A program made the translations under genes and the position numbers. A stretch of 64,000 bases of DNA from Rhodobacterales bacterium (lineage in GTDB: Bacteria; Pseudomonadota; Alphaproteobacteria; Rhodobacterales; Rhodobacteraceae). Each line of letters starts with the position of its first letter. The first letter of the stretch is position 1. A model generated the notes under the pieces. That model did not search any database. It saw nothing but the letters and a program-made list of their open reading frames with translations, and had not been told where the DNA came from. Of the stretch, positions 19,948-31,122 are shown piece after piece. The stretch lies in contig JANNAF010000378.1 in the NCBI GenBank assembly GCA_031384005.1, positions 1,737 through 65,736 on the forward strand. The letters run 5' to 3'.

Positions 19948-19983
19948 CCTTGCGTAGTGTCACCCCAGCAGGAGACGACGGCC

Positions 19984-20430
19984 ATGCATCCTCGACCTAT
20001 CACTATTGCAGTCGCCGGGCTGGGGACACGGCTTTGGTCGGCCACCAAGGCGGTGTCCAAAGCGCCTTTGAATGTCTGTCACCGCCCGGTTTTGCAATTC
20101 GCCGAAGCTGAGGCGATTGAGGGCGGGCGCGAGGGCATCGCTATGGTTATGCACCCCGGTACGCTGGCCATCCGCGACTATTTGAGGCCCGACAACGATT
20201 ATATCGGTTGGTTGATCGCCCGCCGCACAACCATGCCCGGCGCGGCCTTGGCCACCTTTCATGTGCCAGACCCCCGTGATCTGGCGTTTGCGTTTCCAAA
20301 GCGTCGGTTCGGACCGGGTCATGCCATTTCCCGTGGCTTTGCCAAACTGCACGCCTGGTTTGCTGATTCTGCTCCCTCTGCCCGACGTCTTGATGGGCAG
20401 GCCACCTCACTGAAAGGAACCCGGCTATGA
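19984..20430 (+). pseudogene. galU: Truncated, degenerate UTP-glucose-1-phosphate uridylyltransferase
   Basis: VAGLGTRLWSATKAVSK...RPVLQFA...GPGHAI resembles the GalU N-half; C-half absent. Confidence 0.7.
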
Positions 20431-20603
20431 ACTGGACCGACATTCAAGCCAAATGGGCCGCCATGACCCGCCGGGTGCAATCAGATCAGTCAGGGGATGA
20501 CGACGTCATGGTCATCACCCGTGAGCCAGAGCAACAGTCGTCGCTGCGGGATGACGTTGCCGAATTGCGCGCGCCGCAACCGCTTGATCGTACGGCATCG
20601 TGA
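20427..20603 (+). CDS. 58-aa small protein with a CsbD-like N-terminus (not in the ORF track)
   Basis: MNWTDIQAKWAAMTRRVQ...; RBS AAAGGA; ATGA overlap upstream, GTGA overlap with ndvB. Confidence 0.6.
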   Translation: MNWTDIQAKWAAMTRRVQSDQSGDDDVMVITREPEQQSSLRDDVAELRAPQPLDRTAS

Positions 20604-23600
20604 AGCAAAGCGGGTTTTTGCACGACTGGGGGCTGGCCGCGCGCCCGGTTGATTTTTGGCAAGATCCGCATGCGATACGTGCCGATCTTTTCGGCACCGA
20701 ACGGCTAGAGCATCACGCCATCTCATTGGCCACCGAACACCGGGTGGTGGTGGTGCGCGGTTCGGGTCGCAGAATGTCGAGGCGGTTGAAAGACAATGCC
20801 GCAGAGTTATTGGTCGCCTATCAGGCAAGTGCGGCCTCGCTGCGGGCCGGGCACGCCATCACCCCCGCCGCTGAATGGCTGCTGGACAATTTCCACACGG
20901 TTGATGCGCAGTTGCGGCAGATCAAGGCTGACCTGCCGCCAGACTACTATCACCAATTGCCAAAACTGCAGGACGGTCCCTTTGCCGGGTATCCGCGTGT
21001 GCTGGAACTGGCATGGGCCTATGTCGCCCATACCGACAGCCTGTTCTCTGCGCCGATCCTGATAAGGTTTGTTCAAGCATATCAGACGGTTCAACCGCTG
21101 ACGATTGGCGAGTTGTGGGCGATTGCGATCACTTTGCGCATCGTCATGATCGAAAACATGCGCCGCTTGTCCATGCAGATCGTGGCGGCGCAACAGGTTC
21201 GGTTGCAGGCGGATCAGGTGGTGGACCGCGTTGTTGCGGGTTATCCGGGGGGGTTGAGTGTTGTTGAGAGCCTTGTAGCGGGGCTGACCAGGGCCGACGC
21301 ACCCGGCACAGATGCTCCTGACATCTTTTGCGCGCAGATTGCCAAACGGATGCGCGGGGCGGACCCGTCCGAGACGCCGCTGCTGGGATGGCTGCAAGAT
21401 CGGCAGCAAAAGGCCGGATCATCGATCGAGGCCATCGTCATGACGGCGCAGCACCGCCAAGGTGCCTCCAATATCACCATGCGCAATCTTGTCACCTCGA
21501 TGCGGCTGATATCCGAGGTGGATTGGGCCGAGTTCTTCGAGACGGTCAGCCTGATCGACGTCCGCCTGTGTGCGGCCTTTGACTTTGCCGCGATGGATTT
21601 CCCTACACGCAATGACTACCGCACGGCCATCGAAACTTTGGCACGCGGGGCAAAGTGTTCCGAGGCATCGGTGACAGAGGCCGCCCTGGAAATGGCCACG
21701 CACGGCGATCCCGGCGCGGCGCTGATTGGCGATGAACGGCGCGCGCTGGAACAAAAACTGGGTTATGCGGTGCCGTACCGTCTGGCCTTGCGGCGTGGGA
21801 TGCAGCGGTTGGGTTTGACTGGGTATCTGTTCGCCATCGGGTCGGCTTCGGCGGTGGTTCTGGCTGCGGCTTTGCTGGCCACAGGGGCGTCTGGCTGGGC
21901 CGTGGCCGCCCTGGCGCTGACCGGCGTGGGCATAGCGGTTGAGGCGGGCATGGCGCTGGTGAACCTTGCGGTCACCCGCAGCTTTGCGCCCAAACAGCTG
22001 CCGGGACTGGAACTGTTGTCCGGCATCCCGCCCGAACTGCGGGTTCTGGTCGCAGTTCCGGTGCTGTTGTCCAACGCAAATGATCTGCACGATCAGATTG
22101 AACGGCTTGAGGTGCACTATCTGTCCAGCATCGGTGGTGCGGTCAGCTACGCCCTGCTGTCGGACGGGCCCGACGCGGCTGCCGAGACCACCCCGCAAGA
22201 CGCCGGGTTGCTGGTGCTTGCCCAAACCGAGATTGCCCGCCTGAACAGCCGCTATCCGTCCGAGGATGGCGCGCGGTTCTTGCTGTTGCACCGGCGCAGG
22301 CTGTGGAACGCGGCAGAGGGCGTTTGGATGGGTTGGGAGCGCAAGCGGGGCAAATTGGAGGAATTGAACCGCCTGCTGCGCGGCGCGACCGACACCAGTT
22401 TTGTGGCCGATACCCCATCGATCCGGCAAGACATCCGCTATGTGATCACGCTTGACGCCGACACCCGGCTGTTGCGCGAAACGGTGCGCCGGATGGTGGG
22501 CAAAATGGCCCATCCGCTGAACCGCCCGCAGTTTGATGCTGCCCGCCAGCGTGTGACCAAGGGCTATGGCATCTTGCAGCCGCGCGTCGCCCCCAGTCTG
22601 CCAATGACGCTGGACGGGTCGTTTTATCAGCGGGTGTTTTCCAGCCCCGGCGGGATCGAGCCCTATGCGGCGGCGATTTCGGATGTCTATCAAGACCTGT
22701 TCGACGAAGGGTCGTTCACCGGCAAGGGCATCTATGATGTTGATGCCTTTGCTCATGCCTTGGCCGGGCGGGTGCCGGAAAACACCATGCTCAGCCATGA
22801 TCTGTTTGAAGGTGTCTTTGCGCGGGCCGGGTTGGCGTCGGATATTCAGGTGGTCGAGGATTTTCCCGCCCGACACGACGTTGATGCCGCGCGCCAGCAC
22901 CGCTGGGCACGTGGGGACTGGCAGTTGTTGCCGTGGATTGTCGGGCGCAGGCAGACCATTGGCGGCATTTCCGCCGTGGGGCGCTGGAAAATGCTGGACA
23001 ATCTGCGGCGCAGCGTGATGGCACCGCTGGCGATCGTGACGCTTGTTGTGGGCTGGGTGGGTCCTCATGCGGCGGTCTGGACGGCGGCTGTTTTGGCGCT
23101 GCTGGCGCTGCCATATCTGATCTCTCTGCCCTTTGCGGTGTTGCCGGGGCGGGCAGGGATCACGTCCCGCAGCCATCTTGAGGCGTTGTGGTCGGATGTC
23201 CAACTGGCGGCGGCGCGCATCGGGCTGAACCTGATCCTGCTGGCGGACAGTGCTTATGCCATGCTGGATGCCATTGGCCGCAGTGTTGTGCGGTTGCGGA
23301 CGCGGCGGCGTTTGTTGGAATGGACGACGGCGGCGCAGGCGGGCAGCCAGGCAGTACCGTCCTATCTGAGGTATTACTTGCGTCACATGGGCGGGCTTTG
23401 CCTCGGGCTTGGCACTTGCGTGCTGGCCTATGCAATCCGCCCCGAAAACCTGCCAATCCTGCTGCCCTTTGGCCTAGCATGGCTGGCAGCCCCGGCCGTT
23501 TCACGGCGGATCAGCCAGCCGCGCGCGCCGTCGGCACCACAAACCCTGACCGCAGCCGATGGTCAGACCCTGCGGCTGATCGCGCGCCGCACATGGCGCT

Positions 23601-26600
23601 ATTTCGAAACCTTTGTGACGGCCGAAGAAAACTTTCTACCGCCCGATAATTTTCAGGAAATCCCTAAATCTGTGGTGGCCCGTCGCACCTCGCCTACCAA
23701 CATAGGCCTTTATCTGCTGTCTGTGACGGTGGCGCATGACATGGGGTGGATCAGTCAGGCCGAGGCCGCCGAACGGCTGGAACAAACCCTGCACAGCATG
23801 CTGCGGATGCCGCGGTTTCGTGGCCATCTCTATAACTGGCACGACACCAGCGATCTGCGCGTTCTGGACCCACCCTATGTGTCGTCGGTCGACAGCGGCA
23901 ATCTGGCCGGCCATCTGATCGCGGTGGCGCAGGCCTGCGAGGACTGGGCCCTACGGCCCGCAGCCAACCCGCAAGGGCTGCATGACGCGCGGGCTTTGGC
24001 GCAGCAGGCGCTGTTGGCCGAACCGGTTCCGGCGCTGTCTGCCGTGCTTGCGCAGATCGCCGGTGGCGTGTCGGACGCCTTGATTGCAAAGGCGCAGACC
24101 TTGGCTGCGACTTTGCCCGAAACCTCGGATGCGGCGTTCTGGACACATGCCATGATCGCCAGCCATGCGCCGGCGCTTGCACCAGAAGGCAAACTGCGCG
24201 GGCTTGCGGACATGGCGCGCGGCTTTGCGATGGCGATGGATTTCCGTTTTCTCTTGCACCCTGAAAAAAAGCTGCTGTCGATCGGCTTTACGGTGTCGAC
24301 CAATATGCTGGACCCCAACTGCTATGATCTTCTGGCCTCCGAGGCGCGGCTGGCCTCGCTGTTTGCGATTGCCAAAGGCGATGTTGAAACCCGGCACTGG
24401 TTCCGCCTTGGCCGTGCCGCCACCCCGATTGGTGCGGCGTCGGCGTTGATTTCGTGGTCGGGCAGCATGTTTGAATATCTGATGCCTGCGCTGGTAATGC
24501 GCGCGCCTGCCGGGTCTGTGCTGGAACAAACCAGCCACCGCGTGGTGCAACGGCAACGCAGTTATGCCACGGGGCTGAACCTGCCTTGGGGGATTTCGGA
24601 ATCCGCCTATAACGCCCGTGATCTGGAGATGACCTATCAGTATTCGAACTTTGGCGTGCCGGGCTTGGGGCTGAAACGCGGTCTGGCCGAGGATCGGGTG
24701 ATTGCGCCCTATGCCACGGCCCTTGGTGCCATGGTTGAACCGCAGGCTGCGATGCAGAACTTCGCAGCTCTCACCGCTCTTGGGGCACAAAGCCGCTATG
24801 GGTTTTATGAGGCGCTGGACTTCACCGCCACCCGCGTGCCGGAAGGCGGCACCTGTGCCATCGTGCGCAGCTTTATGGCACATCATCAGGGCATGACGAT
24901 TGCGGCCCTTGCCAATGTGCTGCTGGATGGGCAGTTGCGCGCCCGCTTTCATGCCGAGCCGATGATTCAGGCGGTGGAATTGTTGCTGCAAGAACGGGTG
25001 CCGCGCGATGCCCCGGTTGCTGCCCCCCATGCGACCGATGTGCAGATCTCGCCGGTGGAACACATTGGCTCGCACAATTTGCGTCGCTTTGACAGCCCCG
25101 CCGACGCGTGGCCAAGCGCACATCTGCTGTCGAATGGAAACTATAGCGTGACCCTGACGCCCACAGGTGCGGGGTTCAGTCGCTGGGGTGACTTGGCTGT
25201 AACCCGGTGGCGGGCCGATCCGACGCAGGCGGGGCACGGGTCCTATCTGTACTTGCAAGATGTCAAATCCGGGGTTGCGTGGTCGGCTGCGGTGCAACCC
25301 ATTGGCGTGAATGCGGGCCATGCGGCGGTATTTTGCGATCATCACGCGGCCTTCACTCACAAGGCCCAGCATCTCATCACCCACACCGAAGTTGTGGTGT
25401 CGGGCGAGGATGACGCCGAGGCTCGGCGGGTGACCCTGACCAACACCGGGCGTCATATGCGTGAAGTGAATGTGACCTCTTACGCCGAGTTGGTGCTGGC
25501 CCCGGCTGCCGCCGATCTGTCGCATCCGGCTTTTTCCAAGCTGTTCGTCGTTACGGACTTTCTGCCTGAACTTGGCGTGTTGATCGCCACGCGCCGCCGC
25601 CGCGCACCTTCAGATCCCGAAGTTTGGGCCGCCCATATTGCGGTGGTCGAGGGCGATGAATCTGCCCCGCTGCAACACGAATCCGACCGGGCACGATTTA
25701 TCGGACGCGGGCGAACCGTGGCATCTGCGGCCATGGCCAATACCCCGCTGTCTGGCGCCACGGGCACCGTGCTGGACCCGATCTTCAGCCTGCGCCGCCG
25801 CGTTCGTATCCCGGCGGGCGGGCGGGCTCGGGTGACGTTCTGGACCATGGTGGCCCCGACCTCTGGCATTTTGCTGGACATGGTGGATCGCCACCGCGAC
25901 GCCTCGGCGTTTGGGCGGGCGGCAACGCTGGCATGGACGCACAGTCAGGTGCAGTTGCGTCACCATGGCGTGGCCCCGGTCGATTCGACGGATTTCCAAC
26001 GGCTTGCGGGAATGTTGATCCGCAATGATGCCCGTCTGCGCGCCAGCCATGCGCGAATTGCCGCAGGGGACGGCCCTCAGTCACGGCTTTGGGCATTGGG
26101 GATTTCCGGCGATCTGCCGATATTGCTGTTCATCATCACCGACGCCGAAGACATAGCCCGCCTGCGCGAGGTTCTGGCGGCGCAGGATTACTGGCGCATG
26201 CGGCAGTTGGCTGTCGATCTGGTGATCCTGAATGATCGCGCCTCGTCCTATGTGCAGGATTTGCAGATTGCCATTGAGGCGGCTGTGCGCTCGGCGCAGG
26301 CGCGGCCAAGACCGTCGGGGCAGGCAAATGCGCAAGGGGCTGTGCATACCCTGCGCAGCGACCTGATGCCCCCCGAGGCGCGGGCGATGCTGGTTGCGGC
26401 GGCGGATGTGATATTAAACGCCAGTCGCGGAGGCATCGGCAGCCAGCTGGACGCGCTTCCCAACACGGTGCCGCTGATCCTTGCGACGGCCACGCCACCC
26501 CGCCTGCCGGAGAACCAAACGCGGCCAGCCAATGCAGCCACGCCGCCGTTGGAATTCTTTAATGGTCTTGGTGGCTTTGCGCACGATGGCCGCGAATATC

Positions 26601-28951
26601 TGATCGTGATGCAGAATGGCCAAACGACGCCGGCGCCATGGATCAATGTGATCGCCAATCCCGAGTTTGGCTTTGGCGTGTCCGCCGATGGTTCAGGTGC
26701 GGTCTGGTCGGAAAACAGCCGCGAAAATCAGCTGACACCGTGGTCGAATGATCCCGTAACCGACCCGGCGGGTGAGGCGATCTATCTGCATGATCTGGAC
26801 ACGCAGCAGACCTGGACACCCACCGCCCTGCCAATCCGTGACAAGGGCCGATACCTGTGCCGCCACGGTTTTGGCTATTCGGTATTCGAGCATACGGCCA
26901 ATGAAATTGCGACGGAACTGCTGCAATTCGTGCCGATCGATGCACCGGTGAAGGTGTCCCGTCTGCGGCTGCGCAACCTGTCGGACCGGACGCGGCGGCT
27001 GTCGGTGACCGGCTATGCCGAATGGGTGCTCGGCACCTCACGCAGCGCCACGGCGGGCAAGATCATCACCGAAGTTGATGCCGAAACCGGGGCGGTTCTG
27101 GCGCGAAACCCGCGGGGCATGGCCTTTGCGGGCCGTGTTGCCTTTGCCGATTTCGGCGCAGGTGAGGGCAGCCTGACCTGTGATCGGACCGAATTTCTGG
27201 GGCAGGGCGGCAAGATGCACGCCCCTGCCGCCTTGTCCCGAACCGCGCTGTCTGGCCGTCATGGCACTGCGCTTGATGCCTGTGTTGCGCTGCAACGGCG
27301 CATCGAGCTTGCCCCCGGTGAAACGGTGGATCTGCATTTCCTGTTGGGGCAGGCCAAGTCAACTGAGGCTGCCGTGGCGCTGGTCACAGCCACCCGTGCG
27401 CGCAGCACCGATGCGATGCTGGCCGAGGTCACGCTGCACTGGGATGCGCTTTTGACCGAGGTGCAGGTTCATTCGCCCGACCGGGCCATGGATATCATGT
27501 TGAACGGCTGGCTTTTGTATCAGACCCTGTCGTGCCGTATCTGGGCGCGGGCGGGGTTTTATCAGGCCAGCGGTGCTTACGGCTTTCGCGATCAACTGCA
27601 AGATGGCATGGCGCTGACCGCGCTGCGCCCCGACCTGACCCGCGCGCATCTGCTGCGGGCGGCGTCGCGGCAGTTTCCCGAGGGCGATGTGCAACATTGG
27701 TGGCTGCCCCATTCCGGACAGGGCGTGCGGACCCGCATTTCAGACGATCGGGTCTGGCTGGCCTATGCTGCCGCACATTATGTTCAGGTGTCGGGGGATC
27801 TGGCAGTGTTTGATGAACCTTTGCACTTTCTTGACGGCCCTGGTCTGCTGCCCGGCGCACATGACGACTTCTTTCAGCCGCAAGCGTCTGATCATTCTGC
27901 CAGCCTGTTCGAGCATTGTGCGCTGGCCCTGGATCAGGCTGTTGCCTTGACCGGGGCCAACGGGTTGCCGCTGATCGGCACCGGCGACTGGAATGATGGC
28001 ATGAACCGGGTTGGCGAGGCGGGCAAGGGTACCAGTGTCTGGCTGGGTTGGTTCTTGATCACCACGCTGCGGGCGATGGCCCCGCATGTGCAGGTCCGCG
28101 ATCCTGCCCGCGCCGCACTATGGCAGGCCCATGCCGACCGCGTGGCGCAAGCCATCGAGCGTGAAGGTTGGGATGGCGCCTGGTATCGGCGCGGCACCTA
28201 TGATGATGGCACTGTGCTGGGGTCGGCTGCGTCGCAGGAATGTCAGATCGACAGTCTTGCGCAATCATGGGCGGTGCTGTCGGGGGCGGCGGACCCCGCG
28301 CGTGCGGCAACGGCGATGGCGTCTCTGTCCACCCGCCTGATCCGGCCCGACAGCGGCCTTGCCCTGCTGTTCACCCCGCCCTTTGATCACACCCCGAAAG
28401 ACCCGGGCTATATCAAGGGCTATCCGCCCGGCCTGCGTGAAAACGGCGGCCAGTATAGCCATGCCGCAATGTGGGCGATTTTGGCCAAGGCGCAATTGGG
28501 CGATGGCGACGGTGCCCATGCATTGTTCGCCCTGATCAACCCGATCAACCACGCGCTGACACCGGATGCAGCGGCGCTGTACAAGGTCGAACCCTACGTC
28601 ATTGCCGCCGATGTCTATTCCGCCCCCGCGCACGAAGGCCGAGGGGGATGGACATGGTACACAGGCTCTGCCGCCTGGATGTACCGCGCCGGGATCGAAG
28701 GTTTGTTGGGCCTGACACGCGCCGGCCCGGATTTGACCCTCGATCCGTGCTTTCCAAAGGCTTGGCCTGAATTGACTGCCAGTTTGGGCAACGGGGGGGG
28801 GCGCTGTGATATTGTTATTCTGAACCCCAACAAGACCGGCCATGTCGTTGATTGTGCTTGGCTGAATGGCAAGGCACTGCCGGTGCTGGATGGCAAAGTT
28901 ACGCTGCCCCGGAATTTGGCGCAGGGCCGGTTGGAAATTCGACTGATTTGA
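20600..28951 (+). CDS. ndvB: Cyclic beta-1,2-glucan synthase (NdvB/ChvB/Cgs; GT84, cyclisation and GH94 domains)
   Basis: 2783 aa; YVITLDADT, SHDLFEG, RQHRWARGDWQL, RTSPTNIG, SWSGSMFEY, GFRDQLQD, GDWNDG, RENGGQYSHAA. Confidence 0.95.
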   Translation: MKQSGFLHDWGLAARPVDFWQDPHAIRADLFGTERLEHHAISLATEHRVVVVRGSGRRMSRRLKDNAAELLVAYQASAASLRAGHAITPAAEWLLDNFHTVDAQLRQIKADLPPDYYHQLPKLQDGPFAGYPRVLELAWAYVAHTDSLFSAPILIRFVQAYQTVQPLTIGELWAIAITLRIVMIENMRRLSMQIVAAQQVRLQADQVVDRVVAGYPGGLSVVESLVAGLTRADAPGTDAPDIFCAQIAKRMRGADPSETPLLGWLQDRQQKAGSSIEAIVMTAQHRQGASNITMRNLVTSMRLISEVDWAEFFETVSLIDVRLCAAFDFAAMDFPTRNDYRTAIETLARGAKCSEASVTEAALEMATHGDPGAALIGDERRALEQKLGYAVPYRLALRRGMQRLGLTGYLFAIGSASAVVLAAALLATGASGWAVAALALTGVGIAVEAGMALVNLAVTRSFAPKQLPGLELLSGIPPELRVLVAVPVLLSNANDLHDQIERLEVHYLSSIGGAVSYALLSDGPDAAAETTPQDAGLLVLAQTEIARLNSRYPSEDGARFLLLHRRRLWNAAEGVWMGWERKRGKLEELNRLLRGATDTSFVADTPSIRQDIRYVITLDADTRLLRETVRRMVGKMAHPLNRPQFDAARQRVTKGYGILQPRVAPSLPMTLDGSFYQRVFSSPGGIEPYAAAISDVYQDLFDEGSFTGKGIYDVDAFAHALAGRVPENTMLSHDLFEGVFARAGLASDIQVVEDFPARHDVDAARQHRWARGDWQLLPWIVGRRQTIGGISAVGRWKMLDNLRRSVMAPLAIVTLVVGWVGPHAAVWTAAVLALLALPYLISLPFAVLPGRAGITSRSHLEALWSDVQLAAARIGLNLILLADSAYAMLDAIGRSVVRLRTRRRLLEWTTAAQAGSQAVPSYLRYYLRHMGGLCLGLGTCVLAYAIRPENLPILLPFGLAWLAAPAVSRRISQPRAPSAPQTLTAADGQTLRLIARRTWRYFETFVTAEENFLPPDNFQEIPKSVVARRTSPTNIGLYLLSVTVAHDMGWISQAEAAERLEQTLHSMLRMPRFRGHLYNWHDTSDLRVLDPPYVSSVDSGNLAGHLIAVAQACEDWALRPAANPQGLHDARALAQQALLAEPVPALSAVLAQIAGGVSDALIAKAQTLAATLPETSDAAFWTHAMIASHAPALAPEGKLRGLADMARGFAMAMDFRFLLHPEKKLLSIGFTVSTNMLDPNCYDLLASEARLASLFAIAKGDVETRHWFRLGRAATPIGAASALISWSGSMFEYLMPALVMRAPAGSVLEQTSHRVVQRQRSYATGLNLPWGISESAYNARDLEMTYQYSNFGVPGLGLKRGLAEDRVIAPYATALGAMVEPQAAMQNFAALTALGAQSRYGFYEALDFTATRVPEGGTCAIVRSFMAHHQGMTIAALANVLLDGQLRARFHAEPMIQAVELLLQERVPRDAPVAAPHATDVQISPVEHIGSHNLRRFDSPADAWPSAHLLSNGNYSVTLTPTGAGFSRWGDLAVTRWRADPTQAGHGSYLYLQDVKSGVAWSAAVQPIGVNAGHAAVFCDHHAAFTHKAQHLITHTEVVVSGEDDAEARRVTLTNTGRHMREVNVTSYAELVLAPAAADLSHPAFSKLFVVTDFLPELGVLIATRRRRAPSDPEVWAAHIAVVEGDESAPLQHESDRARFIGRGRTVASAAMANTPLSGATGTVLDPIFSLRRRVRIPAGGRARVTFWTMVAPTSGILLDMVDRHRDASAFGRAATLAWTHSQVQLRHHGVAPVDSTDFQRLAGMLIRNDARLRASHARIAAGDGPQSRLWALGISGDLPILLFIITDAEDIARLREVLAAQDYWRMRQLAVDLVILNDRASSYVQDLQIAIEAAVRSAQARPRPSGQANAQGAVHTLRSDLMPPEARAMLVAAADVILNASRGGIGSQLDALPNTVPLILATATPPRLPENQTRPANAATPPLEFFNGLGGFAHDGREYLIVMQNGQTTPAPWINVIANPEFGFGVSADGSGAVWSENSRENQLTPWSNDPVTDPAGEAIYLHDLDTQQTWTPTALPIRDKGRYLCRHGFGYSVFEHTANEIATELLQFVPIDAPVKVSRLRLRNLSDRTRRLSVTGYAEWVLGTSRSATAGKIITEVDAETGAVLARNPRGMAFAGRVAFADFGAGEGSLTCDRTEFLGQGGKMHAPAALSRTALSGRHGTALDACVALQRRIELAPGETVDLHFLLGQAKSTEAAVALVTATRARSTDAMLAEVTLHWDALLTEVQVHSPDRAMDIMLNGWLLYQTLSCRIWARAGFYQASGAYGFRDQLQDGMALTALRPDLTRAHLLRAASRQFPEGDVQHWWLPHSGQGVRTRISDDRVWLAYAAAHYVQVSGDLAVFDEPLHFLDGPGLLPGAHDDFFQPQASDHSASLFEHCALALDQAVALTGANGLPLIGTGDWNDGMNRVGEAGKGTSVWLGWFLITTLRAMAPHVQVRDPARAALWQAHADRVAQAIEREGWDGAWYRRGTYDDGTVLGSAASQECQIDSLAQSWAVLSGAADPARAATAMASLSTRLIRPDSGLALLFTPPFDHTPKDPGYIKGYPPGLRENGGQYSHAAMWAILAKAQLGDGDGAHALFALINPINHALTPDAAALYKVEPYVIAADVYSAPAHEGRGGWTWYTGSAAWMYRAGIEGLLGLTRAGPDLTLDPCFPKAWPELTASLGNGGGRCDIVILNPNKTGHVVDCAWLNGKALPVLDGKVTLPRNLAQGRLEIRLI

Positions 28952-30283
28952 CAGGACCCAATCTGCTGGGGACTTCGCGGTGACCGCGACAGGATTGTGG
29001 TGCATCGCGTCGGCCGGTGGTCTGTTCCATGGGTGCTGATGGCGGACAATCGGGCCTTGTCACCAAGGAACATGACCGAATGGCGGCGTTGGCGCACAAT
29101 GCGGGATGGGTCATCACCAGTCGTGGGACCCTCGCCGTAGGATATGGCCGCTGAACAAGCCGACAGGCAACACCTGCGGGTGCTCATCGGCCATTCACAC
29201 GCCAAAATCGAACCGGCCGCGACGAATTCACCATCATCTGAACCGAACCCGGCGCCGGGTAAATCCTTTCGACCCTTGAAACGGGTGCTCGCCTGCTCAA
29301 ACCACCGTATCTTTGGGCCGAGCGGCAGCCGTTTCGGCGTGATTTCGACTGGTCTTTGTTTGTTCAGGCAAACTGCGTGTCCTCGAGGAGCGCAATCGCA
29401 CTTGGTACGTTCGCAGAATATAGGATGCCAACCCTTGGGTTACCCGCCGACACAAAACCAGGCCAGGGGGGTATTCGCTACCTCTACCGACACGCACCTG
29501 CGCAACCCGTTTTAGCGGGATGTCAAAACCATCGGCACAATGCCCGCCCTTGTGTAAAGCCATGGATCCCAAGGCTTTTTCAAATGGACGGAACCGTGAG
29601 TTGATGCCACGCCACAGACAAGCCAGCCCCTTATCCTCTTGGCCACATGGGTCGATCCGCACGATCTGCAATCAAAGGACACCGTTCATCATATCCGATG
29701 TCAAGGTCATCGCCACCTTCGGGAAACATCTATCCCCTGACCGCACAGTCATGGTGGCGATGTAGGCCCGCGGGCCTGCCACGGTGCGCCCGCTGACGGC
29801 GCAATTGGACATTTTCGCGATGGCGGGGCCGATCTGGTTTTTCACGTTGACGGGCGGTCCATCGTCCTGGCTCACTTTGCCAGCGATGTTGCGATTTTCA
29901 CCCTATTTCGAGGGGCTTCAGCATCGTGGCGGTCGTCAAAGTTCACATGTTGCAGACGACCGACCGTCGTTCCCTGTGCCGACCTTGGAACCCTTGGGCC
30001 GCAGGCTGGTTTGCGAACAGCAAGGATCACCCCAATCGAGATGATATGTGCTTTGACCCGCAGTGTCGGCGCCATGACAGCGGGAGGGTTCGTCAGCGTT
30101 TTTCTGTTGTCTGACTGGCAATCGTGTTCGGACATCGGGGCGTCAGCCGCAGCCGTCTTGGTGCCAAAATGGCCAGAGGGCCACACCAACACGCCCCTTG
30201 GCAAACGCCATCAAAGTTGACCGGGAAGCACAGGTTATCCCGCATCCGATTGCCCCTGCGGTTTTGCAGGCCATGTCCGGTCG

Positions 30284-30541
30284 TCAGAAATGGGTAGGGC
30301 TGGACAGGTTTGCAAACTGCCGTTCACCTTTAGGGTCCCTGGCCGTTTTTGTGGTCCGGCCATAGGCCTTGATTGTCAGAACGGTGCCGATTGCCAGGAT
30401 GGCAGCCAGTATCCCGTCGGTTGACAGGCCGTCGCCCGCTTGCAGTGCACCGGGTGCCGCCATGCGACAAAGACCGCCAAGCAACATCGCAGTGGCGCAA
30501 ACAAAAAACCGCCATATGACACCGAAAAATCGGTCGATCAT
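30284..30541 (-). CDS. Small putative membrane protein
   Basis: Two hydrophobic segments; no family recognised. Confidence 0.35.
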   Translation of the reverse strand: MIDRFFGVIWRFFVCATAMLLGGLCRMAAPGALQAGDGLSTDGILAAILAIGTVLTIKAYGRTTKTARDPKGERQFANLSSPTHF

Positions 30542-30852
30542 ACATCCCGGTGTTCAACCTCGCGCCACATCATGGTGCTGATCCGGATCATGGCATCGTC
30601 AAACCACGGTGCATTCCCGCGGCGCGGTTCAATTGGCTCTTTGGATATGCGCGGCAAAGGCTCAGTTCCCTTGGCCGACAGTAAATAGGACCTGTACGCA
30701 AGCAATTTCGCCAGCCCGACTGATCGACATCAATGGGGCCTTGCCGAAATACACGCAGGCTCTTTGGTGAAGTTGGGGTCACGCACCCTGTTCGATGTCA
30801 GTCGCAGCGTTGTCTTGCTTGACGCAATCTTACCGCACAGGGGGCCGCACGA

Positions 30853-31101
30853 ATGCGCATCGTAGCTTTGGTTTTAGGTATTGCCGCAGTCCTGCTCGGC
30901 GGGCTTTGGCTATTGCAGGGGTTGGGCGCCGTTCAGGTTCGGCCCATCCTGTGCTTTGCCGATTGCGCGCCTGTACAAGGGCCCTCGATCACCTGGGTTG
31001 TCGCTGGGGGGCTGGCGTTGGCTTTGGGTGGTTTGGGGATCTTTTGGGCGCGCAGACGCCCTGCCGGCCAGGTGTCGTCGCCCGATCCTGAGGATGGGTG
31101 A
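30853..31101 (+). CDS. Small two-TM membrane protein
   Basis: GGLWLLQGLG...CFADC...second TM; RBS AGGGGG. Confidence 0.65.
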   Translation: MRIVALVLGIAAVLLGGLWLLQGLGAVQVRPILCFADCAPVQGPSITWVVAGGLALALGGLGIFWARRRPAGQVSSPDPEDG

Positions 31102-31122
31102 CCAAATGGGCGCGATCGCAGA

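Noticed and set aside
21419-25525. Long antisense ORFs (655 aa, 524 aa) and similar shadows across the window
   Set aside because: They lie opposite well-supported genes, are typical of GC-rich codon bias, and have no motifs
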